DNA from: an uncultured Actinomycetes bacterium
GTDB taxonomy: Bacteria; Actinomycetota; Acidimicrobiia; IMCC26256; JBBRZM01
Reading direction: 5' to 3'
DNA: 64,000 bases
Assembly: GCA_963813635.1 (NCBI GenBank)
Contig: CAWEZO010000011.1
Location: forward strand, 618,220 to 682,219
Of this stretch, positions 50,295 through 61,066 are shown in pieces. The notes under the pieces were generated by a model that saw only the letters and a list, made by a program, of their open reading frames with translations, was not told the origin of the DNA and ran no database searches. Position 1 is the first letter of the stretch; the number at the start of each line of letters is the position of its first letter. Made by a program: the position numbers and the translations under genes.

Positions 50295-50849
50295 ATGACG
50301 ACGCGCAAGGTGTACACCCGCACAGGTGACGACGGCTCGACGGCACTGCTGTACGGCGGGCGCGTGACCAAGCACTCGTCGGGCCCGGCGGCGTATGGCG
50401 CGGTCGACGAGGCCGTGTCGGCGCTTGGCGTTGCCCGTGCCGAAGCGGAACCGGGCGGGGAGCTCGACGACCTGTTGATCCGCTTGGAGCGCGAGCTGTT
50501 CGTCGTCGGTGCGGAGCTCGCGACGCAGCCGTCGAACCGGGCGAAGCTCGAGCCGGGCGTGTCGCTCGTGACCGAAGCCATGGTGAGCGCGCTCGAGCCG
50601 GTCATCGACGACGTCACCGCCCGGTACGAGCCGCCGACCGAGTTCGTGCTGCCCGGCGAAAACCGGATTGCCGCCGCGCTCGACGTCGCACGCACGGTCG
50701 TGCGCCGCGCGGAGCGCGAGGCGGTGGCTGCCGCCGAAGCAGGCTGGCTCGACGGCAGCCAGGTCGTGCCGTATCTCAACCGGCTCGCCGATCTCGTCTA
50801 CACGTTGGCGCGCTGGCAGGAAGGCCACTTCCGTCCCGTGCGCACCTGA
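50295..50849 (+). CDS. pduO: ATP:cob(I)alamin adenosyltransferase, PduO type
   Basis: KVYTRTGDDG, YGAVDE, FVLPG, RTVVRRAER, YLNRLAD. Confidence 0.9.
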   Translation: MTTRKVYTRTGDDGSTALLYGGRVTKHSSGPAAYGAVDEAVSALGVARAEAEPGGELDDLLIRLERELFVVGAELATQPSNRAKLEPGVSLVTEAMVSALEPVIDDVTARYEPPTEFVLPGENRIAAALDVARTVVRRAEREAVAAAEAGWLDGSQVVPYLNRLADLVYTLARWQEGHFRPVRT

Positions 50850-50881
50850 GCCCGGCCGGTCCGACTACCACGGAGGAACCC

Positions 50882-52384
50882 TTGTCACTCCAGTTCAGCG
50901 TCTCGTCCAGTGCGGCTGATCGCGTCAAGGCGGCGCTCCTCGTCGTGCCGGTGCTCGACGGACCCGAGCTCGGCTCGAGCGCCGAACCACTCGATGCCGC
51001 GCTCGACGGCGAGCTCGGCACGTTCATGACCGAAGCAGCGTTCACCGGCAAGGAGGGCACGACACTGGCCGTGCCGACCAGCGGGCGTCTGGGCGTCGGA
51101 GCGGCCGTGCTGGTCGGCGTGGGGAAGGCCGACGAGTTGACGCTCGGCGGTCTCCGGCGTGCCGGCGCGGCTGCCGGCGCGCAAGGCGCGGAAGGCGACC
51201 ACAGTGGCGACGACGCTCGTCGAGCTGGCCGACCGCGCCGGGCTCGACCGTCTCGACGCGGCGCAGGCAATCGCCGAGGGCTTCGCGCTCGGGAGCTACG
51301 AGTTCCTGAAGTACAAGACGCGAGTCGAAGCCGACGAAGTTGCGGCGCGTGATCGTGCTCGGCGGTGGCGGCGCGAGTGTGAAAGCCGCGCTCGACGCGG
51401 GTCGGCCGTCGCGGACGCCGTATCGTGGGCACGCGACATGGTCAACGAGCCGGCCGGCGCGAAGTCTCCCGACGACGTTCGCGCGGGCGACGCAGCGATT
51501 CCTGCGTGGCACCGGGGTGACGGTGCAGGTGCTCTCGGGTGCACAGCTCAAGCAGCGGCGCCTGGGCGGCATCATCGGTGTGGGTCAGGGGTCGGAGCAG
51601 CCGCCCCGTCTCGTGAAGCTCACCTACAACCCGACCGGCCAGCGCGCGCGGCACGCTTGCACTGGTCGGCAAGGGCGTGATCTTCGACTCCGGCGGCCTT
51701 TCGATCAAGACCGCGGGCGGCATGGAGACGATGAAGACCGACATGGGCGGCGGCGCGGCGGTGATCGCGGCGATGTCGGTGTTGCGTGACCTCGGCGTGA
51801 AGGCGCGCGTGATCGGCTTCGTGCCCATGGTCGAGAACATGCCGAGCGGAAAGGCGATCCGTCCCGGTGACGTGCTCGAGATCCGCAACCGCAAGACGGT
51901 GGAGGTGCTCAACACCGACGCCGAGGGTCGCCTCATCCTCGCCGACGGTCTCTCGCTCGCCACGGAGTCGAAGCCCGACGCGATCATCGATCTCGCCACG
52001 CTCACCGGCGCGTGCGTCGTCGCGCTCGGCGAGAAGATCGCGGGGCTCATGGGCAACGACGACGCGTGGATCGACCAGGTGCGCGCTGCGGCCGACCGGG
52101 CGGGCGAACCGGTGTGGCCGCTGCCGCTGCCGCGCGAGTACCGCAAGCTGCTCGACTCGGAGGTGGCCGACCTGCGCAACATCGGCACCGGCGGCTATGG
52201 CGGTGCACTCACCGCGGGCCTCTTCCTCCAGGAGTTCGTCGACAAGCGAGCATGGGCCCACCTCGACATCGCCGGGCCGGCGCGGGCGCCCGGTGATGAC
52301 GGCGAGCTGGTGAAGGGTGGCACCGGGTTCGGTGTGCGCACGCTCGTCGAGCTCACGCGCACGTTCACGAAACCGACCGACTGA
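50882..52384 (+). CDS. pepA: Leucyl aminopeptidase M17 (several frameshifts)
   Basis: GKGVIFDSGG, MKTDMGG, NTDAEGRL, DLATLTGA, HLDIAG. Confidence 0.9.
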
Positions 52385-52390
52385 CCGGGA

Positions 52391-52870
52391 ATGGCGCGCC
52401 CGAGAGCTGTCGCGCCGGTAGTGGGTGCGCTGGCTGCAACGGTGCTCGCGATGGCGGTCGGCGTGGTCGCCTGCAGTAGTAGCGGCAGTGGCAGCCGGCG
52501 CGACAGCGGCAGCAGCGGCGCTCGGCGCGGTACGGCAACATCGACACGCCCACTGCCGCGCGCCGGTACGACGGTCGAGGTGCTCGTCCGCGACAACATC
52601 TTCACGCCCTTCAACCTGCGCATCCGGCCCGGTGTGCAGGTGCGGTGGCGCAACGACGGGTTCAGCCCGCACGTGATCACGGCATCAGACCCCAAGCAGA
52701 ACTTCCACGGTGCCGGCGGCGTGCCGTTCGGTGTGGCCTCGGAGCACTTCCGCGAGCAGCAGCTCTACACGTTCACGTTCACTCGTCCGGGGGTCTACGA
52801 CTACTACTGCTCGATTCACGGACTTCCGCACCAGGCGATGCATGCCCGCGTCACCGTCGTCGGGCCGTGA
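52391..52870 (+). CDS. Cupredoxin (plastocyanin-like) lipoprotein
   Basis: VVAC lipobox; type-1 Cu ligands in SPH and YYCSIHG...M. Confidence 0.8.
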   Translation: MARPRAVAPVVGALAATVLAMAVGVVACSSSGSGSRRDSGSSGARRGTATSTRPLPRAGTTVEVLVRDNIFTPFNLRIRPGVQVRWRNDGFSPHVITASDPKQNFHGAGGVPFGVASEHFREQQLYTFTFTRPGVYDYYCSIHGLPHQAMHARVTVVGP

Positions 52871-52968
52871 TCCGGCGGCGCGGTGCACCCGAGGCGCGGC
52901 CCGGAAGATAGCCTTCCTCCACTTGCGGCCCCTCGAGCGGGCCGCTCGCAACGGGGGGATACACACAG

Positions 52969-54645
52969 ATGCGCACTCGTGGAGCCGGCCGTGTCATCGG
53001 CGTCGTAGCGGTGCTCGCCCTGGCCGTCGCCGCGTGCGGGAGCAGCAGCAGCTCAGGCTCGGCGAAGGTCGTCGACCTGCGCAGCAAGGCGACGGGTCAG
53101 CCCCCCAAAGTCGGCGTCAAGGCGATCGACAACAAGTTCGACGCCGAGGCGATCCGCATCAATCCCGGCACCACGGTGAAGTGGACCAACGACGGCCGCA
53201 ACGCGCACACCGTCACTCCCGCCAATTCCAAGCAGAACTTCGGCGCCAAGTTCGGCGTCGGCGCCGAGTCGTTCACTTCGGGCAAGACCTACGAGTTCAA
53301 GTTCGCCCAGGCCGGCACGTACCACTACTACTGCACGATCCACGGTTCCGCCACGAAGGGGATGATCGGCACGGTCATCGTCGGAGGCGGAACTTCGGGT
53401 GCGGCAGCGGCCGCGAGCACGGGCACGAAGTCGGGCACGATCAACGTGCCTGCCGACGAGCCCACAATCCAGAAGGCCGTTGACGCGGCCAAGCCGGGTG
53501 CCCTCGTGCTCATCGCGCCGGGTACCTATCACGAGGCTGTCACGGTCGACACCGGGCACAAGGACATCGTCATCCGGGGCGAAGACCGGGCGACCACGAT
53601 CCTCGACGGCGACTTCAGTGAGGCGGCCGGCAAGGAGAACGGCTTCAAGGTGCTCGCCGACGGCGTCGCGATCGAGAACCTCACCACGCGTAACTTCAAG
53701 TCCAACGGCTTCTATTGGAACGGCGTGACGGGCTACCGCGGTTCGTATCTCACGAGCGTGCGTACCGGCGATTACGGCATCTATGCGTTCGGAGCGACGT
53801 ACGGTCAGTTCGATCACGATTTCGCCATGGGGAGTCCCGACGCGGGCTTCTACATCGGCCAGTGCTTCCCGTGCCACGCCGTGATCACCGATGTGGAAGC
53901 CGAGTGGAACGGGCTGGGCTACTCGGGCACCAACGCGGGCGGTGACCTCAACATCGTCAACTCGTCGTGGCACGACAACCGGGCCGGCATCGTGCCCAAC
54001 AGCGGCAGCGGTGAGGCCAACCCGCCACAGCACGGTGCGACGATCACCGGCAACACCGTGTTCAACAACAACAACACGCTGACACCCGCGATCGACATCG
54101 CGAAGATCGCGCAGGGCAACGGGATTCTCCTCGCCGGTGGCAACGACAACGTCGCGCAGCGCAACCTCGTCTACAACCACGATGTATCCGGGATAGCAGC
54201 CACCACCCTGCCGGAGAAGCTCATCAAAACCGGCGACCCGAAGGCGCTCAACTTCAACGCCCACAACAACAAGGTGATCAACAACAACGTGAGTGACAGC
54301 CGGCAGTTCGACCTCGGCCTCGTGCCGTCGATCGACACGGCCACCGACTCGTTGGGCAACTGCTTCTCGGGCAACACGTTCACCACCAGCTCGCCGGCCA
54401 ACATCCAGACGGTGGTGCCGTGTGGCGCAGCCGCGCAGCCATTCACCGCCGAGCTGGGCCGGTTCGCCGCATTGCTCGCCAGCGCCAAGCCGGCGTCGGC
54501 TGATTACAAGACGCTCGTGCTGCCGCCGATACCGGCACTGGCCAACATGCCCAACGCCAACACGGCGAAGCCGAAGCCCGCGACGAAAGCCAACACGCCG
54601 GTGAAGATCAACGTCGCGTCGATCAAGGTCCCGACCAAGCGGTAA
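52969..54645 (+). CDS. Lipoprotein with cupredoxin domain plus right-handed parallel beta-helix
   Basis: VAAC lipobox; NAHTV and YYCTIHG...GM; TIQKAVDAA.PG, GDYGIY, DAGFYIG and Asn-rich beta-helix repeats. Confidence 0.8.
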   Translation: MRTRGAGRVIGVVAVLALAVAACGSSSSSGSAKVVDLRSKATGQPPKVGVKAIDNKFDAEAIRINPGTTVKWTNDGRNAHTVTPANSKQNFGAKFGVGAESFTSGKTYEFKFAQAGTYHYYCTIHGSATKGMIGTVIVGGGTSGAAAAASTGTKSGTINVPADEPTIQKAVDAAKPGALVLIAPGTYHEAVTVDTGHKDIVIRGEDRATTILDGDFSEAAGKENGFKVLADGVAIENLTTRNFKSNGFYWNGVTGYRGSYLTSVRTGDYGIYAFGATYGQFDHDFAMGSPDAGFYIGQCFPCHAVITDVEAEWNGLGYSGTNAGGDLNIVNSSWHDNRAGIVPNSGSGEANPPQHGATITGNTVFNNNNTLTPAIDIAKIAQGNGILLAGGNDNVAQRNLVYNHDVSGIAATTLPEKLIKTGDPKALNFNAHNNKVINNNVSDSRQFDLGLVPSIDTATDSLGNCFSGNTFTTSSPANIQTVVPCGAAAQPFTAELGRFAALLASAKPASADYKTLVLPPIPALANMPNANTAKPKPATKANTPVKINVASIKVPTKR

Positions 54646-54676
54646 CGGTCCGGCGGCCGACGGCCCCACACGTCGC

Positions 54677-56021
54677 GTGCGATTACCCCCGCGGTTCGAG
54701 CGACTGGCGGCACGGAACCCGTTTCCGCCCGGGAGCGTCACGGTCGGCGTGTGGCTCGGGCTCAACGGCCTTGTCACCTACGGCTTCCTCGCTGTTCGCG
54801 GCGCGTTCGGTCAGCGCCGACCGCTACAGCGCGCTGTCGGCGCTGTGGGCCCTCGCGTTCCTCGCCGGGCCGGGATGCTTCCTTCCGCTGGAACAAGAGG
54901 TCTCGCGTTCGCTCGCGGCCCGGCGGGCTCGCGGCGTCGGCAGTGGGCCGCTCGTGCGCAGGGCGGCATTGCTCGGCGCGGGGTTTGCCGGTGTGCTCGT
55001 CATCGCGTGCGCGGCGCTCAGCGGTCCGCTCGTCGACGGGTTGTTCGACGGTCAGGTCGCGCTGCTGTTCGCGCTGATGCTGGTGCTCGTTGGCTACGGC
55101 TTCGAGCATCTGACCCGCGGCGTGCTCGCCGGCAACCAATTGTTCGGGCGGTACGGCTTCCTGCTCGGCGGTGAAGGACTGTTGCGGCTGGCCGGAGCCG
55201 TCGTGCTCGCGGCGATCGGAGTGGCAACCGTCGGGCCGTACGGCATTGTCGTCGGACTCGCGCCGTACGCGGCGTCGGGCCTCGCGTTGTTCGGGCAGCA
55301 CGGCCTGACCGGTCCCGGTCCGCCGGCGCCGTGGCGCGAGCTCTCGTCGTCACTTGGTTATCTGCTCGCCGGTTCGATCCTCGCGCAAACCCTCGTCAAC
55401 GCGGCACCGCTCGCCACCCAAGCGCTCGCCGGGCCGGCGCAAGGCAGCGCGGCCGGACGGTTGCTCAACGGCCTCGTCGTCGCCCGAGTCCCGCTGTTTC
55501 TGTTCCAAGCGGTGCAGGCCGCGTTGCTGCCGAACCTCTCCGGCTTGCACGGTGCGGGTCGTGACGCCGAGTTCCGGCGCGGTCTGCACAGGCTCATGGG
55601 CGCCGTCGTTGCGATCGGCACGGCGGCCACGATCGGCGCGGCGGTGCTCGGCCCGTGGGTCGTCCGCGTGCTCTTCGGCGACAAGTACGTGTTGACGCAT
55701 CGGGACATGTTCTTCCTTGCGCTCGGCTCGGCGGTGTTCATGGCCGCGCTCGCGCTTGCCCAGGCGCTCCTGGCGCTGGGAGGTCAAAAACGAGCCGCGT
55801 TGGGCTGGCTGGCCGGCGTCATCGCCTTCGGGCTCGCGCTGCTCATTCCCAACCCGCTGCTGTTGCGCGTCGAGATCGCCTACCTCGCGGGTACGGCAGT
55901 ATCAGCACTCTGCGTGGCGGCATTGCTCGCGAAGCCACTTCGGACGGCGGGATCGACACCGAAGTCCGATATCTTCCTTCCGGGCAGCGTTCCGCTCGTG
56001 ATCGAACCGACCGAGCTGTGA
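54677..56021 (+). CDS. Wzx/MOP flippase-like membrane protein (frameshift near 54800)
   Basis: PLEQEV, ARVPLFLFQAVQAALLP; paralog of 29095-30429. Confidence 0.7.
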
Positions 56022-56056
56022 CCCTGTTGCGCCGAACGCATGCAGCGTGCGGCTAG

Positions 56057-57286
<1,230 letters not shown>

Positions 57287-57325
57287 CGCCTCGGCGTCCT
57301 CCACTGCTGCTACAACACTGAGCCC

Positions 57326-58963
57326 GTGAGCTCCTCTCGTGCGGCCCGCACCATGGCCGGCCCGCTCGGAGGGATCGACGGCGCGATCCAGGACCGTCGT
57401 GACCGTCATGCACGGCTCGCGATCGTCATTGTCGTCCTGGCCGCGCTGGCGTTACGTGTCGTTCGTCTCGGGCACGAGAGCTTTTGGATCGACGAGCTCA
57501 ACACGGTGCACCTCGCGCGCTCCGGTGGCGTGCTCCACGCCGTCCGCAGCTTCGGACCCTTCGAGCCGCCGCTCAGTCATTTGTTGGTCGCGGTGTCACT
57601 CAAGCTGCCGTTCGGCGCCGAGACGGCCGCCCGCCTGCCGATGGCCGTCTTCGGTGCGGTCGAGGTGCTCGCGCTCTACCTGCTGGCGCGTGAGCTGACG
57701 AAGCGGATCTCCATTGCGCTGCTCGCGGCCGGCCTGCTCGCCGTCGCGCCCTTCAGCGTGCGGTACTCCCAAGAGGCGCGCTACTACACGATGTTCTCGG
57801 CGCTGCAGCTCCTCTCGTGGTGGATGTTGCTCCGTGCATTCCGCGGCGAGAAGCGCGTGTGGGTCGGGTACGGGGTGCTCGCCGGTCTCATGCTGCTCAC
57901 CCATCCGTTCGCAGGGTTCGTCATCGGCGTCCAAGTGCTCGTCGGCGTGGCGGCGGTCTGGTGGGGCCGCGACCGCGAGCGTCGACGGGCCGCCCTCATC
58001 GGTTTCGGTATCAGCGTCGCGATCGCAGCGGTCATGGTGCTTCCGTGGCTCGTCTACGGGACGTCCACCTGGCTGTCGCGCTACTCGGGTGGAGACCGCT
58101 TCCAGCTCAGCCCCCTCGAGCTTGGTGGCGTGCAGCTCGACGCCTCGCTGTTCAAGCGCAGTGGGGAGTGGTTGCTCGGCAACGCCGCGCACGTCACCCC
58201 TCTCGTCGTGATCCTCGGCGCGCTCGTGCTGCTCGCGCCGTTCGTCGCGCGCGGCCGCACACGTTGGTGTGCTGTCGCCATCGGCGCGTACCTCCTTGTG
58301 ATGACCGCGGCGCTCGCGGCGCTCGCGAATCAGCTCAACACCTATTTCGCCTTCCGGCGGATCGAGAGCTTCGTGCCATGGTTGCTCCTGGTCGCCGCGA
58401 TCGCCATGGTGGGCCTGCGCGATCGAATCGCGCCCGCCTTGCTGAGCCGGCCGATGGCGACGGCCGTCATCGTGGCGCTCGTGGTCGCTGTCGCGGGTCT
58501 TTCGCTCTGGACCACGCGGGAGTACTACGGCACCGAGAAGTCCGACTATCGAGCACTTGTTGCGGCGATCGACGGAGTGGGCCGCGACACGTTCGTGGTC
58601 GTGGGCCCGATTCCCGACAACTGGAAGCCCCAGATCAAGGCGTACCTCGCGTCGAAGCACGTGCACCATCAGGTCCGCTTCATGCTGACCGGTCAGCCGC
58701 GCCGCGCCGCCCCCCGCCTCGACGCGAGCGTGCACCGCGTGCTGTGGCTGACGGGCGCGTCACCCGACGTCCGTGGACTTCGAACCCGCGGTCTCAATCG
58801 TGCCGACAAGATGCAGATCATCGCCGGCGACCGCTCGTGGGTGCTGCACGGCCAGATCACCTTGCCGTTGTCCGCTTCGATCTCGATTCCTCGCGGGCAA
58901 GCTGCTTTCGACGCGCAGTGGGAAGCGAACAAGTCGACGCCCTTCCTCGTCCCGCCGCCGTGA
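57326..58963 (+). CDS. GT-C glycosyltransferase (GT39/GT83, PMT_2-like)
   Basis: SFWIDE loop, EPPL, ARLP, YSQEARYY, LLTH; many TM helices. Confidence 0.8.
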   Translation: MSSSRAARTMAGPLGGIDGAIQDRRDRHARLAIVIVVLAALALRVVRLGHESFWIDELNTVHLARSGGVLHAVRSFGPFEPPLSHLLVAVSLKLPFGAETAARLPMAVFGAVEVLALYLLARELTKRISIALLAAGLLAVAPFSVRYSQEARYYTMFSALQLLSWWMLLRAFRGEKRVWVGYGVLAGLMLLTHPFAGFVIGVQVLVGVAAVWWGRDRERRRAALIGFGISVAIAAVMVLPWLVYGTSTWLSRYSGGDRFQLSPLELGGVQLDASLFKRSGEWLLGNAAHVTPLVVILGALVLLAPFVARGRTRWCAVAIGAYLLVMTAALAALANQLNTYFAFRRIESFVPWLLLVAAIAMVGLRDRIAPALLSRPMATAVIVALVVAVAGLSLWTTREYYGTEKSDYRALVAAIDGVGRDTFVVVGPIPDNWKPQIKAYLASKHVHHQVRFMLTGQPRRAAPRLDASVHRVLWLTGASPDVRGLRTRGLNRADKMQIIAGDRSWVLHGQITLPLSASISIPRGQAAFDAQWEANKSTPFLVPPP

Positions 58964-59021
58964 GCAGTCTCCGTGACAATGCGAGCCGAACTGCGAGGAG
59001 CGTCGTACAGTGACACCCGTC

Positions 59022-59954
59022 ATGGCGGCGTCAGTACCCATTCTCGTCACTGGTGGCTGCGGCTTCATCGGTGTCAACCTCGCACGCGCGCTCGTCGCGA
59101 ACGGGCAGCGCGCATGGGCGTTCGACAACCTGAGCACGGGCAGCGAGGCCGACGGTGTTGCCGCAGGTTTCGAACGGGTGATCCACGGTGACGTCCGCGA
59201 CGCCGCCGCGATCAGTGCGGCCGTCGCCGGCGTCGAAACCGTGGTGCACCTCGCGGCCCACCCGGGCGTGGCCGATTCGGTCGCGGACCCCCGCCACGAT
59301 TTCGAGATCAACGTCGTCGGTACGCTCAACACGCTCCTTGCCGCGCGCGATGCCGGTGTCGGCCGGTTCGTCTTCGCCTCGTCCAACGCCCCACTCGGCG
59401 ATGCCGAGCCGCCGGCCCGTGAAGACGTCGTGCCGCGACCGCGTTCGCCGTACGGGGCGTCGAAGCTGTCGTGTGAGGCGATGTGCTCGGCCTTCGCCGG
59501 CTCCTACGGCCTGGCAACCACTGTGCTTCGCTTCTCCAACGTCTACGGTCCGTTCAGCTACCACAAGGGAAGTGTCGTCGCGTTGTTCATGAAGCGCGTG
59601 CTCGACGGCCTGCCCGTCGTCGTCTACGGCGACGGCTCGCAGACCCGCGACTTCGTCTTCATCGGTGACCTTTGCTCGGGAATCGTGGCCGCCATTGATA
59701 GGGCACCGCCGGGCGAGACGTATCACCTGGGCACCGGGATCGAGACGTCGCTCTCCGAGCTGGTGCAGGGATTCCGGAAGGTCTTCACCGATCGCGACAT
59801 CGTCGTGGAGCACCAACCGGCGCGTGCGGGCGACGTCGATCGCAGCTATTCCGACATCACGAAGGCTCGCGTCGCGCTCGGCTACGACCCCGCGACGCCG
59901 TTGGTCGACGGGCTGCGCGCAACGCGCGACTGGTTCGTCGGGGCTGCCGCATGA
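59022..59954 (+). CDS. NAD-dependent epimerase/dehydratase (UDP-hexose 4-epimerase-like)
   Basis: VTGGCGFIG, HLAA, YGASK, RFSNVYG, GDGSQTRDF. Confidence 0.85.
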   Translation: MAASVPILVTGGCGFIGVNLARALVANGQRAWAFDNLSTGSEADGVAAGFERVIHGDVRDAAAISAAVAGVETVVHLAAHPGVADSVADPRHDFEINVVGTLNTLLAARDAGVGRFVFASSNAPLGDAEPPAREDVVPRPRSPYGASKLSCEAMCSAFAGSYGLATTVLRFSNVYGPFSYHKGSVVALFMKRVLDGLPVVVYGDGSQTRDFVFIGDLCSGIVAAIDRAPPGETYHLGTGIETSLSELVQGFRKVFTDRDIVVEHQPARAGDVDRSYSDITKARVALGYDPATPLVDGLRATRDWFVGAAA

Positions 59955-60976
59955 CCACGGTCAGGATCGCGGGCCTCGTCATCGGGGTCCTCGCAATCGG
60001 ATGGGGAATCGTGCGCCGCCGGCGGGGCGGCACGCGTGGTGAGCTGCTGACCTGGTGGTTTGCCGGGCTCGGCATCGCGTTCCTCTCGGTGGTGCCCGAC
60101 ATCGCGGGACCGCTGCGGGATTCGTTCGAAGTCGCGAGCACGCTCACCGCGGTCCTCATGCTCGCGGTGATCGCACTCGTGTTCGTCGCCATCGCCGAAC
60201 GCGCCCGGCGGCATGCGCTCGAGGCCAAGTTCGGTGAGCTCGTGCAGGCCCTGGCGCTCGCCGACTTCCAGGAACGGGCCCATGAGGCAGCGGTCCCGAC
60301 GATCGCGGTGGTGATCCCGGCGTACAACGAGGCACTCGGAATCAGGGGCGTGCTCGACGAGCTGCCGGAAACGCTGGCGGGCTACCTGTTGGAGCCGATC
60401 GTCGTTGTCGACGGCGGCGACGACGGCACTGCCGACGCCGCGCGTCACGGCGGCGAGCTGGTTGTGCGGCTCGCGATCAATCGTGGTCAGGGTGATGCGC
60501 TGCGTACCGGCTTCCAGCTGGCCCTGCACCGCGGTGCCGAGATCGTCATGACAATGGATGCCGACGGCCAGCATGCTCCCGACGACATGATCACGTTGGT
60601 CAAGCCGATTGTCGCGGGCGAGGCCGACTACGTGCAGGGTTCCCGGTTTACCGGCACGTACGACGACGAGGGCGGTATGCGTGACAGCGGGATCCGGATG
60701 TTCACCTGGCTGATCAATCGGCTCAGCGGCACGACCATCACCGACTGCACCAACGGGTTTCGTGCCATCCGTGCCGAAAGGCTGGCCGGCCTTCGCCTCG
60801 AGGAGGGCCGTTTCTCGGCTCCGGAGCTCATCATGGAGTCAGCGTCACGGGGGCTGCGCATCGTCGAAGTGCCGGTGCACATCCGGGCGCGCGAGTTCGG
60901 TGAGAGCAAGAAGCCGCGCCGGCTCGGTTATCCGTTGGGCTTTCTCCGCGCCATCGCAAGGGTGTGGCTGCGGTGA
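59951..60976 (+). CDS. N-terminal DUF2304-like membrane domain fused to DPM1-like GT2
   Basis: Three short TM helices, then VIPAYNE, VDGGDDGT, NRGQG, MDADGQH, GSRF, DCTNGFR. Confidence 0.8.
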   Translation: MTTVRIAGLVIGVLAIGWGIVRRRRGGTRGELLTWWFAGLGIAFLSVVPDIAGPLRDSFEVASTLTAVLMLAVIALVFVAIAERARRHALEAKFGELVQALALADFQERAHEAAVPTIAVVIPAYNEALGIRGVLDELPETLAGYLLEPIVVVDGGDDGTADAARHGGELVVRLAINRGQGDALRTGFQLALHRGAEIVMTMDADGQHAPDDMITLVKPIVAGEADYVQGSRFTGTYDDEGGMRDSGIRMFTWLINRLSGTTITDCTNGFRAIRAERLAGLRLEEGRFSAPELIMESASRGLRIVEVPVHIRAREFGESKKPRRLGYPLGFLRAIARVWLR

Positions 60977-61066
60977 TCGCGCCGCCACCAGAGCGGAGGC
61001 CGAGCTTCACGCGCAAGTCGTCGCGCTGATCACTGTGCCCGCGCGCCGTTCGTTCCGACCGGGGTT

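Noticed and set aside
41163-50849. metH and pduO as a cobalamin operon
   Set aside because: Opposite strands, separated by the DPA cassette, and MetH uses methyl- not adenosyl-cobalamin
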